A DNA stretch of 64,000 bases from Vitrella brassicaformis CCMP3155. Taxonomy: Eukaryota > Protista > Chromerida. Positions 12,278 through 23,947 of this stretch are shown one piece after another. The stretch spans positions 124,001-188,000 of the forward strand of contig CDMY01001000.1 in the NCBI GenBank assembly GCA_001179505.1, read 5' to 3'. The notes under the pieces are model-generated. The model saw only the letters and a list, made by a program, of their open reading frames with translations. It was not told the DNA's origin and ran no database searches. The position numbers and the translations under genes are program-made. The first letter of the stretch is position 1. Each line of letters begins with the position of its first letter.

Positions 12278-12776
12278 CGCGACGAGAGGCTGCTGATGAT
12301 CCCACTGCACAAATACAGAGGACACAGACAGAGCGATGAATGAGAGAGAGATCTGTCACTGCATCGATCTGTAATGCTTCTTTGTTGACCTCTCGAGTGT
12401 TTGTCTGCCCACAGGCCGATGGATTACCGATGGCCGGCAATGCCCTCTTGCCTGAGCACATCAACATGCACCACGGGAGAGGGACACAGAAAATGAGTTT
12501 GCGGCCCAGATCTTCGTTATTTTCGGTTGCCTGAGGCCTCCCTGACCCACCTGATGGGAGAAATGATGCCAAACAGTTCCGCGGGAGGATCTGCGAGCTT
12601 AGATGACGGTCAACTCTGGAGGATTGAAGGAGCATTGAAGGCGACCAAGGACACAGACAGCCCACAGGGTGAGCCACAGAGAGGCAGCACACGTGTAGAC
12701 TGCAGAAAAGAGCGAGATCTGATGCCTTGTGTATTGCCTCTTTGTGTGTTCTTGTGTGAGTCTGTAGGCATCCGTC

Positions 12777-13846
12777 ATGGCCTTGGTGGCTCCCGGCCGC
12801 AGGTGGGTCGGATCCACGGTGTGGGGCGACGGGCGGGTGTACGAGTACCCCAATCGGCCGGGCGAGTACGTCTATGACGAGCGGCGCCCATCTGACGGAA
12901 GCCTCATGGAGGTCCGCATCGCCAATCCCCGGGGGCGCGTGGCCTTCTTCGACTTCAACACCAATCCGCCGACACTGCTGCCGTTGACGCAACGACCACC
13001 GAACAATCAGATGTAGGCAAGAAGCACACCTCCTTCTCACTTATTCCTGGCATTGTGTCGGCTTTGTGTCTGTTCGTTTGTGTGTGTCATCGGCAGTCTC
13101 GCCAATGGCGGTGGCTCCACTCTGCGCCGTCGAGTGGGCGCACTGCCATCATCTGGCTTGGGAGGCTACCCGAGGTGAGGAGCCCCTTGCCTCTCTCTTG
13201 CTTTCGTGTGGATGGTCATCGGCTTTGTGTCTGTGTGTGCAGTGCAGCGGCGGTTGGCGGCGGCAATGGCGTCGGCAATGGCGTCGGTGCCACACTGCGT
13301 CAGCGGCAGGAGAGCTCATCGCCACAGCAGCCGCCGGCCAATCGCAGCAGTGTCGGCCGTCGGACCGGCACACTACCATCGTCTGGCTGGCGATATGAGG
13401 TGGTGGAGGAGGGCACCGGCAGAGTGCCCACACTCAATGACTGCGTCAAGATTGACTGGATTGCGTGGCGTGATGGATTCGACGGCCGGGACATACGCGA
13501 CGATGTCCGTGGGAAGGTGATCCGTGTGTCTGATTGGCCTGAGTGGGAGCGTGAGGCGGTGCTGTCGATGCGGGTGGGCGAGATTAGGCGAATCAAACTG
13601 CCAAATGACTATTTTGCCCCCTACGTTCAGCTGCGTTTGGTCAGCTCTATCGTTCAGCTGCGTTTGGTCAGCATAAAGCAGAAGAGAGTCCACACACACA
13701 CACACACGGGGGGGCGCCTGTGTGTGTCGCACACTCATGTGTGTGGCCTGTCTCTTCTTAATTGTCTGTCTCTGTGCTTGGGTTTCGAACCAAGGAGTGA
13801 GAGTGTCGTGACTCAGCCGTGGCAGTATACATGTGTGTGTCGTTGA
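12777..13846 (+). CDS. YPNRPGE orphan domain + mini-exon + FKBP-like domain, with stop read-through
   Basis: Exons 12777-13012, 13097-13174 and 13243-end, all joined in phase 2. The usual SIE-TAG end is mutated to ata aag cag, extending the ORF to 13846. Confidence 0.75.
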
Positions 13847-14108
13847 ATGTGCAACATGTTTGCCAGGCAGCAAGAAGGGGGATGTCTGTGTGGGTGTCCC
13901 CTCTCTCCCTCACCGTCTGTCTGTCTGCTATGAGTGGGGAGTGCGTGTCGTCTGAGTAGCCGCTTTGTTTATCGGTCGGCCGGTTACTCACAGTCTCTCT
14001 CTCTCTCTCTCTCGGTGTGTCGGTGTGTGTGTATGTGTGTGTCCAAAAGGGAGGTTGATTCTTTCGATGTCTGTGTGTGTCTGCCTTATTCACTCTTTTC
14101 GCTCTCAG

Positions 14109-14408
14109 ATGTCACGTCATAGACGAAGATCACCGTATGGCTACCGATATGAGGTGGTGCAGGAGGGCTACGGCAGAGTGCCGACACGCAACGACGCCGT
14201 CAAGATCGACGAGATTTGGTGTCGTGATGCATTCGATGGCCAGGACAAGTTCATCGATCGCCGTGGGTATGTGAGTCCTGTGGGTGCTCGGGATGGGTGG
14301 GCTCGTGCGGCGGTGCTGTCGATGCGGGAGGGAGAGGTCAGGCAGATCATACTGCCACCCGGATACAGTGCCCCCTTTTATCAGATGCGTTTGATCAGCA
14401 TAGAGTAG
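14109..14408 (+). CDS. Stand-alone FKBP-like exon (99 aa, MSRHRRRSPYGYRYEVVQEGYG...MRLISIE)
   Basis: Intact family-type domain. The ATG directly follows a cag acceptor, so it could instead be an orphaned terminal exon. Confidence 0.65.
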   Translation: MSRHRRRSPYGYRYEVVQEGYGRVPTRNDAVKIDEIWCRDAFDGQDKFIDRRGYVSPVGARDGWARAAVLSMREGEVRQIILPPGYSAPFYQMRLISIE

Positions 14409-14409
14409 G

Positions 14410-16290
14410 AGAGACTGCACACGCACACACACGTGGGGGCGGCTGTGTGTGACACACACTCATGTGTGTGGCCGGGGGCTCCTCGCTCGTCACCTGGCTG
14501 ACTGTCTGGTTCTGTCCTTTGGTTTCGAGCGTAGGAGTGAGTACGTTGTCTGTGTGCAATGAGTGGATTAGCGCGTGATTTTTGTCTGTGTGGCTGCCTC
14601 GAAGTCTCTCTCGCTGGGTGTGTGTGTGTGTGTGTGTGTGCTTAATGGTGTTGGTCGTGCTGTGTCGGCAGGGGAGGGGAGGGAAGGGTGTCTTTCGCAA
14701 TGTCTGTCTGGCTTTATTTTCCCTGCGCAGAGTTTTTTGTGAGTGGGCCGGTCGGTCGGCCCGTCGCTGGCTGGAGGCGACACACGAGTGGGTGCTGTGT
14801 ATGTACTCGCTCAACCAAAGAGAGACAGCGCACGACGGCTCACACACTGATGGGCCTCTTGGTGCCTTTCCGTTGTTGGGATGGTTTATCTCTCACTGTG
14901 TGTGTGTGTCTGTTGTCGCTGCCTTTGTCGCGTGTGTGCCTGTCAGCCGCCCGTGGCCCTTTGTGTCTGCCGTGAGTGTGCTGATGCTGCTGCCTGTGTG
15001 CCGTGCTGTCGGTCGAGAGAGACTTTATGTCTCTCCCACGCCCTGCTGACGGTCTTTTCATTGAGCTGCCATGACGACGGTTTCACTCCTGGCATGATTG
15101 CGGCACACCGATGGCTTAATGCCATCGTCGTGATTTTTATCCAGTGGGTGTCTGTCTGGTGGCCTCAAGTTTTGTTGGGGCTCAGCGACGGGCGGCTGAT
15201 ATCCTTTGTGTCTGTGACGGTCGGCAGGCAGGCAGACCTCATCGGGGCTGAATGTGCGTGTGTGCGTGTGGACATCGACTCGACGTGGCAGTGTCCATCA
15301 AGTTGTGTCGACGAGATGTAATAATGTGTCTCACTGCATCGATCGGATTAATCGCATCGATTTCTCTGCTGTCGACACATCTAAGCAGTCAGGAAAGATA
15401 CAGCCGACACACACCAGCCACCCCCTCACCCCTCCCCCCAAGTGACACTCGCCCTGGCTAAGAAGTCTGCTGCCGAGAAGGGACCATCTAGCTAGCCATC
15501 CACCGCTCTGTCTGTCTGTCTGCCTGTCCAGCAGCCGCCCAGCAGCACCAAAGAACATCACATCAGAATGGCCGGCTGCTCAAAAGGGCATCTCACATAT
15601 CAGGCTGTCTGAATTCATCGGCTGCTCTGTCGTGTGTGCCTCCCTCCCTCTCGCTGGCCAGCTAGCCAGTCAGTCAGCAGCTACACACACGCCATGTCGG
15701 CCATTCACACAGCCGATCAATGCAAAGGAAAGGCACACAGACAGACACAGGTAGGGCCGCTCGGCTGTCTGTCTATCAGTCGACGGGCCGCCATATGCAG
15801 ACAAACAAACACAACGAGTCCCTTTGTATGGCTGTCTGTCTGTCAGGGTGTGTAGAGAAAGAGAGGAGAGGCCATTCATCTGACTGACTGACTCGCCGGT
15901 GCTCACTTAACCGCCCCTCACTCCAACCTCCATATAAACAGACGCGTAGAGAGAATGCAGTGAGGTGTCCACACACACACACACACACGCAGAGACGGCC
16001 GGACGGAGAGATCACTTGACGAACAAGCAGACGAAAGGAAGACCAATCAGACAGACAGACACACACACACAGCGAGAGAGGCTGTGAGTGGCCGACCGAT
16101 AAGCAACTCGTGCTCACTCCTTTCTAAGCTCATCGCAGACAGATCTTATCGACAGCCATGACGATACTCTCACTCCATCGCTCAACACCGAGGCACACAG
16201 TCAGACAGTCAACGAGTGAGGAGCCCCCGGCCACACGCATGAATGTGTGTCCCACACAGCCGCCCCCACCTGTGTGTGTGTGTGGACTCT
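14410..16290. repeat. ~1.9 kb spacer between tail-to-tail FKBP genes (R1 plus second block)
   Basis: Collinear and highly similar to 22205-23945; its right part recurs at ~27600-28090. Confidence 0.85.
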
Positions 16291-16293
16291 CTC

Positions 16294-16713
16294 CTACTCC
16301 ATGCTGACCACACGGAGCTGCCAGTAGGGGGCAGGTTCGTCTGGCGCTATGATCTGCCTGAGCTCCCCCTCTCTCATCTGCGCCAACGCCTCACGCTCCC
16401 ACCCACCCCGCGGCCAATCAAGCACACATTTCACCACCCCACGGAAATCGAAGTCTTTGTCCTGGCCGTCGAATGCGTCGCGCCACGAAATCCAGTCGTA
16501 CTTGATGCGCAAATTGTTGATGCGATCCATGAGTCTGGGCAGTCTGCCGGTGCCCTCCTGCACGACCTTGTGGTATGCGCCACTGGGATACAGCTTGAAG
16601 CCATCAGGAATGTTGATGCCGCTGCTATCCTCATAGACGAAATGGCCGTCCAGCAGCCCGACGACGCGGTCACCATCGCAATTGACGTACTTCTTCTTGC
16701 CGCCACCCGTCGC
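16294..16713 (-). CDS. Terminal exon: TOP2-tail peptide + partial MSDR motif + FKBP-like domain
   Basis: cag|ATGGGKKKYVNC-DGDRVVGLLDGHFVYED-SSGINIPDGFKLYPSGAYHKVVQEGTG..QLRVVSME*. Phase 0, in frame with the upstream TOP2 exon ending RPRRAAAQ|gt. Confidence 0.75.
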   Translation of the reverse strand, partial: ATGGGKKKYVNCDGDRVVGLLDGHFVYEDSSGINIPDGFKLYPSGAYHKVVQEGTGRLPRLMDRINNLRIKYDWISWRDAFDGQDKDFDFRGVVKCVLDWPRGGWEREALAQMREGELRQIIAPDEPAPYWQLRVVSME

Positions 16714-16789
16714 CTGCACAGCGAAGGGCCGTAGTGTGTGAGCTGTCGATGAGGGCGTAGTGTGTCTTATGTATCAGGCAGGTACCTGG

Positions 16790-17398
16790 GCAGCAGCACG
16801 CCGTGGGCGACGGACCTCCTCACTCTCCTCGTCCTCTACGTCCTCCATGCGATCGTCCTCATCCTCATCATCCTCAGAACGCTGCTGCTCATCACACACA
16901 CACACACACACATACAGGGAGAGAGACAGAGTGGTGAGAGTGCGGTTGGAGTGTAGTGTGATCTGACCTTGGGTGGCTTCTTGGGTGGGATCTTGGGTGT
17001 CTCCTTCTTGGGCGTGTCGCTCGACTCATCTTCACACACACACACACACACAGACACGGGCACTCGAAGGGCGATCTGGCGCAGAGTGCACGGTTATGCC
17101 GTACCATCGTCGTCGTCCTTGCGTTTGTTCTTTTTGCCCGCCGCCGCCGCCGCTGCCGCCGCTGCTGCTGCAGGCTTCTGATCCACACACACACACAGAC
17201 ACACACACACACACACACATAGACACACACGACTAATGGCGAGGCGAGATGCAAGAGTGTCCTTTGCTGCTGCAGGTGGACTGCAGTTGGCAAAGAGGCT
17301 GGCAGGCTGACCTTGTCGGCGGCCTTTTTGGGTTTGGCGGCAGCAGAATGGGGGGCCTTCTTGTCATCCTCATCGTCATCGTCAGCGGAAAACTGACA

Positions 17399-17433
<35 letters not shown>

Positions 17434-17559
17434 GGAGGCACACCTGTACTCTGTGTGGGCACTGTGTGTGTTGTGTGTGTGTACCAGGTCATCGTCGAAG
17501 AATGACTTGCCCTTGTCCTTCTTGCCCTTGGCGTCCTCCAACTTCGGAATGCCTGCACG

Positions 17560-17594
<35 letters not shown>

Positions 17595-19138
17595 TGGGGG
17601 AGTGGGCATGTCACACGTGTGGCTAGCTGGCTGACCAACCGGTGAGCTGCCTCTGTCCCTTGGTGCCGCCGGTCTTCATCTTGCGCTGCAGATCTAAGGT
17701 CTTATTGCCCTCAGCCTTCACACAGACATACACACACACACACACGGCATGGGAGGGTCGGTGAGTGAGTGTGTGTGCAGCCGTACCCAGAGCAGGACGT
17801 TGTCGACGATGCCCGAGTTGCAGACCTGCTTGAGGGCCTTGTCAGAGATGGTGAACGTCGACCCGAACTTGGCAGGCTTGGTCGTCAGCGTCTCCTGCAC
17901 ACAGAGAGACACACACACAGAGAGAGAGAGAGAGAGATGTGGGGACCTAAGGCGCGTGTGTGTGTGTGTTGGGTGTGTTGGGTGCCTTGATTTGCGAGTC
18001 GAATGCTGGGTTCTCGATGAGGCAGTTGATGAACACCATCAGGTGATTCCTGCCCCACACACGCACACACACAAACAGACACGCGCAGCGATGGCTGTGC
18101 CCTCTGTCTGTCTGTCTGTCTTTGGGTGTGTGTGGGTGTGATTGATTGCGTACTTGATATGCATGTTCTTGACCTCAACCCCGTTTCTGTTCTTTAGCGA
18201 CACCTGCACACACACACACACGCACACACACGCACACAGAGAGAGAGAGGGAGAGAGAGGAGGGTGAATGGAAGGACAGACAGACGGCGCCTCTGTGTGT
18301 GTGTGTGTGTGTGTGGATCTGCCATTGCACCGGCCGACAGGCGCACCTTCTTGGAGATGGCGTTGCACAGCTGGTCCACCACGTAGGCCACGTGTGTGCC
18401 GCCCTTGATGGTGGCGACGCTGTTGACGAACGACACCTGGCCAAACGAACCCTCTGACACACACAAGGGGAGGGAGATATCGGCGGAGTGGTGGTGTGTT
18501 TCCTCTATTTCGTGTGTCGTGTGTGTGTGTGTGTGTGTGTGCTCACCTGAGAGGGTGACGACGACCTCCCACCTCTGGCCCTTCTCGTGGATCTTGGGCA
18601 ACTCAGCCTGCCTGCACCCACCACCCACACAGCAAAGCAGCCGCCTGGTGATATTCGTCCAGGTGTGTGAGTTTGGTCGCTTGATCGCTCACTCACTTGT
18701 CGGGAATGTACTTGTCGACGTACTCCTGGAACTAGCCGCACTTGAGCCGGGCCTTGTTCAGGTACACCTTCACACACACACACAGTGTGTGGGACGGGTC
18801 GGTTGTGTCAGGCCGACCTACCTTGAGGCTGCCAGCGTGAACGCCCGCTAGATCCCACACACGCTTGGTCATCAACGACAGCAAATCGTCGTCCAACCTA
18901 AGGCCCACGCCCGCCCACACCCACCGCAAAACCACAGCACGTCTGAGTGTGTGTCTGTGGTCTGTGTGGTCTGCGGGGCGGGCTGGTCGGTTGGCTGTTC
19001 ACCTACTTGGTCATGTTGAACTTTTTGAGGTCCGGTTTGTATGTCACGAGCACGAAGTCCTTCTCCTCGTCGGTGTCCTCGATCTCCGGCCCGCTGTGCT
19101 TGGTCATGTTGTCTGTCCACGTCATCTTGAACCGCCTG

Positions 19139-19170
<32 letters not shown>

Positions 19171-19982
19171 AGCCGCCCTCTCCTCCCCTTTTCACTGACA
19201 GTCCCTTCTTCGCGTCGAGGCACTCGACGGTGAACTCGGTGCAGAAGACGTTTGTGAGTTTGGCGCCGAACCCGTTGCGGCCGTCTGTGACGCGTTCCTC
19301 AGTGTCGTCGTAGTTGTCCGAGGTGAGCAGGTGGCCGAAGATGAGCTCGGGGACGTACATATTGTGCTCCTTGTGGATCTCTACGGGGATGCCGCGGCCG
19401 TCGTTCCACACCTTAAGGAGGGAGGACACAGAGAGAGAGAGAGAGAGAGAAAGATCAAGAGCGGAAGAGTTGGGTGACACATTGGCACACAGACACACCA
19501 AAACGGGGTGTGTGTGTGAGGGGTGTGTGTGTGAGGGGTGCGTGTGTACCCCAACGAGATGGTGTTGTTGGCTGCGTCGATGTTGACCTTGATGGCCGTC
19601 ATATTCATCTTGTCAGCACCTGACACAGCACTGACTGCATCCGACTGCCGCACTCGAGTCGGTGCGTACGCTGCAGGTTGTCCGCCGCATTCACCAAGAT
19701 CTCACCTGCACCACACAACACAGCACCACACACCACAACACACATCCATGTCACCCATTTCCCGGCAGATCTGATCTGCCCTCCCCTATTACCGAAGATC
19801 TTGTAGATGCCGGGCACGTAGTCGATGCTGCGATAGACCATCTTGTCCTTGGTAGCGTCGTAGACCCACATGTGCTGCTGGTGGTGCTCGTTGCTGCCGA
19901 CATACAGGTCGGGCCGCAGCAGGATGTGCTCGACCTGGGTCTTCTTCTGGTACCGCTCCTCTATGCTCTTCTCCTTCGGCAT
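16790..19982 (-). pseudogene. TOP2: DNA topoisomerase II pseudogene: GHKL ATPase + transducer + C-terminal tail, lacking TOPRIM and DNA-breakage domains
   Basis: Motifs YQKKTQVEHILLRPDLYVGS, EILVNAADN, VWNDGRGIP, PELIFGHLLTS, GRNGFGAKL, GGTHV, NPAFDSQIKE, GIPKLEDA. Lesions: in-frame TAG at 18732-18734, donor GT>TT at ~19554, and GIPKLEDA fused directly to a KGKK/acidic tail at ~17530. Confidence 0.92.
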
Positions 19983-20269
19983 ACTGACCGACCAACACAA
20001 CACCTACCTCCCTCCCTCCCTCCCGCACGAACGCGAATGCCGCTCGCCGCAGAGGCTCTCTGCGATTCAACGATGGGAATGAATCAGCTCATGGCAGAGG
20101 GCGTCAAGCCGTTCTCACGCCCATTGTCACGCGCCGATGATTCAAGAGTGTTTACCCGATCGCTGGGTCGGGCACGATGCTCCCCTTGTTTCGAGGGCAT
20201 GATGACATGCCGGAAGCTCTGCGAGATCTGCCACCCTCTCTCTATGCATTCAGCTGAGGGTGCAGTGAT

Positions 20270-20415
20270 GACCTCTGCTGTGCTGCGGCCGATGAGTGAT
20301 CTGCCAAAATGACTTCTGATCTCGGTCAAGCGAACCACTCAGCTCACTATCGATACGCCTCAGCCGTGAGTTGACGCCGCTGTTTTCTCACCTTCGGCGT
20401 CAAGCTCGCACCACC
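20270..20415. promoter_or_regulatory. Conserved element of the divergent-gene cassette, copy A
   Basis: ~150 bp gatgagtgatctgccaaa..ggtcaagc..ccactcagctcactatc plus stem-loop gagttgacgccg-N15-cggcgtcaagctc. Found in four head-to-head intergenic regions. Confidence 0.6.
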
Positions 20416-20573
20416 CGGTGAAGGGGCAGAGAGGAAAGAAAAGGGAAGAGAGAAGAGTCATCAGGTCGGATAGACAAAGCAAAAACAATACAGAAACACA
20501 CAGGTCCGTTCACTTCGGTGTCTGTCTGTGTGTGGTTCAGGGACTGCCGGTGAGAGATCTGTTGCCTGTGACG

Positions 20574-22201
20574 ATGGAGGCCGAGTTGGCCGCTCGCCAG
20601 TTCAGCGCCCATGCGATTCTCAATGAGCTGCACGTGCCCGTGACGGCCATCGGTGACGCCATCAGCCAGCTGCACACACAGATCCGCCAGGCTGACGAGG
20701 ACGCCCAGCGAGAGCGGCAGCACCACGGCGCATCGGACCCCTCGGCGGCCTCGCCTGACGACACTTTGCTGCTGAATGTGGGCGGACATCTGATGAGCGT
20801 CAGGTGGCAGCACATGACTCAGGGAGAGGGGGTGGAGGGCACTCTGCTGGCGGCCCTCTTCGGGGGCTGCTGGGAGGGCCGACTCATCAAGGACGACAGC
20901 CAGCGGGTGTTCGTCGACATCTGCCCGGAGGCCTTCAAGGCCGTCCACAAGGCCATACTCAACGCCGAGACCCTTCGCAGCGCCGGCAAGGCGGCGTCGG
21001 TCGGCCATCTGCTCAATGAAGTGGCCAAGCGCGACAAGGGTGAGGGCAATGAAGGCCATGACACACTTTTCGTTTCGTCATACTCATTTGGCTGTCTGTG
21101 TGGTTTGCCTGTCGCAGGTCGCCATGGCTTCTGGGTCAAGCTGTTGACGACGCCTCTCGACAAGGATGTCACAGAGGGCACCGGCAGTGCCGATAGTGTG
21201 CCCACCGGGTCGCTGACAAGCAGCCCCACCGAGGCGGCGGCCGCCCTCAAGGCGATGGAGGCCATCCTCAAAGCCTTCGCCAATGAGAAGGCCCGGCTGG
21301 AGGGACAGCTGCGGGCCGCCAACACACGACGCGACAATCTCGACAAAGAGATAAAGGTGACCACATGCAGAGAGGGAGAGGAAGCAAGAGGCTGTTGGTC
21401 TGATGGTTGTGTGTGTGTGTGTGTGTCAGGCCGTCGAGCCCTTTCTGCTGCCTCTGAGTGGCGGCGATGCCATTCGGTCGGTCGAGGTGTGTGGACAGCT
21501 CATCTCGACCACTCAGTCCACTGTGGACGAAATGGGCGACATCGCACTCAGCCACCGATTTGACCTGTGAGCCCACCACACCAACACACAGAGGACACAC
21601 ACCGATGTGCTTCTCACTGTTTGTGTGCCGTCAGGTGGTCCAGCAGCCGGGCGGTGGAGGTGGTCGATCCCGACCACATCGGCCGCATGGTCGACTTCTA
21701 CCGCAGAAAGCGACTCGGCGCCTCGCCCGCCGACATGGCCGCCGTGCTGACGATGGCTGGCGAGACGGACCAGGCGCCATTTGACGTCAACGCGGCCATG
21801 TACGGCATCGTCAAGACGGACACACCGACACTACAGGCCAGGTGAAGCCCAACAGGGAGCCGACTGCAGCAATTGGCCATCTTGGTTTTGTCCATGTCAG
21901 TGTCGGCCGTCGCACCGGCACACTGCCATCGTCTGGCTATCCATATGAGGTGGTGCAGGAGGGCACCGGCAGAGTGCCCACAATCAATGACCGCGTCAAG
22001 TTCGACCGCGCTGAGTGGCGTGATGCTTTCGACGGCCAGAACAAAGCATACGATTACCGTGGGGCGGTGTATCGTGTGTCTGATCTGTATGGGTGGCTGC
22101 GTGAGTTGTTTCTGTCGATGAGGGAGGGGGAGGTCAGACACATCAAAGTGCCAGACGGACCTGAACCCTACCGTGAGCTGCGTTTGATCAGCATAGAGTA
22201 G
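20574..22201 (+). CDS. Tandem BTB/POZ (KCTD/T1-like) + coiled coil + FKBP-like protein, intact
   Basis: Exons 20574-21039, 21118-21356, 21430-21566, 21635-21841 and 21901-22201 join in frame. TLLLNVGGHLMSV..LLAALF..RVFVDICPEAF is BTB; SVEVCGQLISTTQSTV..LSHRF..DPDHIGRMVDFYR is a second BTB-like domain. A 59-nt phase-2 intron precedes the FKBP exon. Confidence 0.85.
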
Positions 22202-22204
22202 GAG

Positions 22205-22237
<33 letters not shown>

Positions 22238-23945
22238 CTGTGTGCGGCTGTGGGTGACACACACTCATGTGTGTGGCCGGGGGCTCCTCACTCGTGAAGT
22301 GGCTGACTGTGGGCTTTGGTTTTGGGCGAAGTAGGGAGGGTTAGCCGTAGGGGTATTTTGTGTGCGTGTCCCCTCTCTCCCCCACCGGCTGTCTGTCTGT
22401 CTGTCTGACTTTGCGTGTCTGCCTGATGATCCCTGTGCGTGGCCGGTCATTCGGTCGCCGGCTGGAGGCGACATACGAGTGTGTGCTGTGTTCTGTGTGT
22501 GTACTTGAGACAGACTGATGGACGTTTCGCTCAACCACAGACACACCCACTGGATGGGCCTCTTTGTGCCTGCCGTTGTCGGGATGGTTTATCTCTCACT
22601 GTGTGTGTGCCTGTCAGCCGCCCGTGGCCCTTTGTGTCTGCCGTGAGTGTGCTGATGCTGCTGCCTGTGTGCCGTGCTGTCGGTCGAGAGAGACTTTATG
22701 TCTCTCCCACACCCTGCTGACGATCGTTTCTGAGCTGCCATGACGACGGTTTCACTCCTGGCATGACTGCGGCACATCGATGGCTTAATGTCACTGTCAT
22801 GATTTTTATCCAGTGGGCGTCTATCTGGCGGCCTCAAGCTTCGTTGGGGCTCAGCGACGGCCGGCTGATCTCCTTTGTGTCTGTGACTGTCGGCAGGCAG
22901 GCAGACCTCATCGGGGGTGACGAATGTGTGTGTGTGCGTGTGGACATCGACTCGACGTGGCCGTGTCCATCAAGTTGTGTCGACGAGATGTAATAATGTG
23001 TCTCACTGCAGTGACTCAATCGCATCGATCCGTTTGCTATCGACACGTCTAAGCAGTCAGGAAAGATACAGCCGACACACACCAGCCCGTCCCCTCCCAC
23101 GAGGCACTCGCGCTAGCTAGGCAGTCTGCTGCCGAGAAGGGACCATCTAGCCATCCACCGCTCTGTCTGTCTGTCTGCCTGTCCAGCAGCCGCCCAGCAG
23201 CACCAACGAACATCATATCAGAATGGCCGGCTGCTCAAAAGGGCATCTCACATATCAGGCTGTCTGAATTCATCGGCTGCTCTGTCGTGTGTGCCTCCCT
23301 CCCTCTCGCTGGCCAGCTAGCCAGTCAGTCAGCAGCTACACACACGCCATGTCGGCCATTCACACAGCCGATCAATGCAAAGGAAAGGCACACAGACAGA
23401 CACAGGTAGGGCCGCTCGGCTGTCTGTCTATCAGTCGACGGGCCGCCATATGCAGACAAACAAACACAACGAGTCCCTTTCTATGTCTGTGTCTGTCTGT
23501 AGAGAAAGAGAGGAGAGGCCGTTTATCTGACTGACTGACTGACCCGCCGGTGCTCACTTAGCCGCCCCTCACTCCGCGGCGGGTAAGAGACGCGGAGAGA
23601 GAATAGAGTGATCTATCCACACACACACACACACAGACAGACACAGACAGCCGGACGGAGAGATCACTTGACGAACAAGCAGACAAAAAGAAAACCAATC
23701 AGACAGACACACATACACACACAGAGCGAGAGAAGGCTGTGAGTGGCCGACCGATAAGCAACTCGCCGGCTCCTCGCTTGTAAGCTCATCGCAGACGGAT
23801 CTTATAGACAGCCATGACGATACGCTCACTCCATCGCTCAACACCGAGGCACACAGTCAGACAGTCAACGAGGGAAGAGCCCCCGGCCACACGCATGAGT
23901 GTGTGACACACAGCCGCCCCCATCTGTGTGTGTGTGTGTCCACTG
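22205..23945. repeat. Duplicate of the 14410-16290 spacer
   Basis: Collinear similarity across its length; the same tail-to-tail FKBP genes flank it. Confidence 0.85.
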
Positions 23946-23947
23946 TC

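Noticed and set aside
16790-19982. Functional topoisomerase II or a stand-alone GHKL ATPase
   Set aside because: In-frame stop, lost donor, altered ATP-lid motif and missing catalytic core.
20285-20345. C/D-box snoRNA reading of the cassette element (gatgagtga...ctga)
   Set aside because: No canonical RUGAUGA box C with a terminal stem and no evident rRNA guide; its position between divergent genes fits a promoter or UTR better.
20418-21563. 381-aa unspliced ORF as the BTB protein
   Set aside because: It reads through introns and ends out of frame; the five-exon model is consistent in all three copies.
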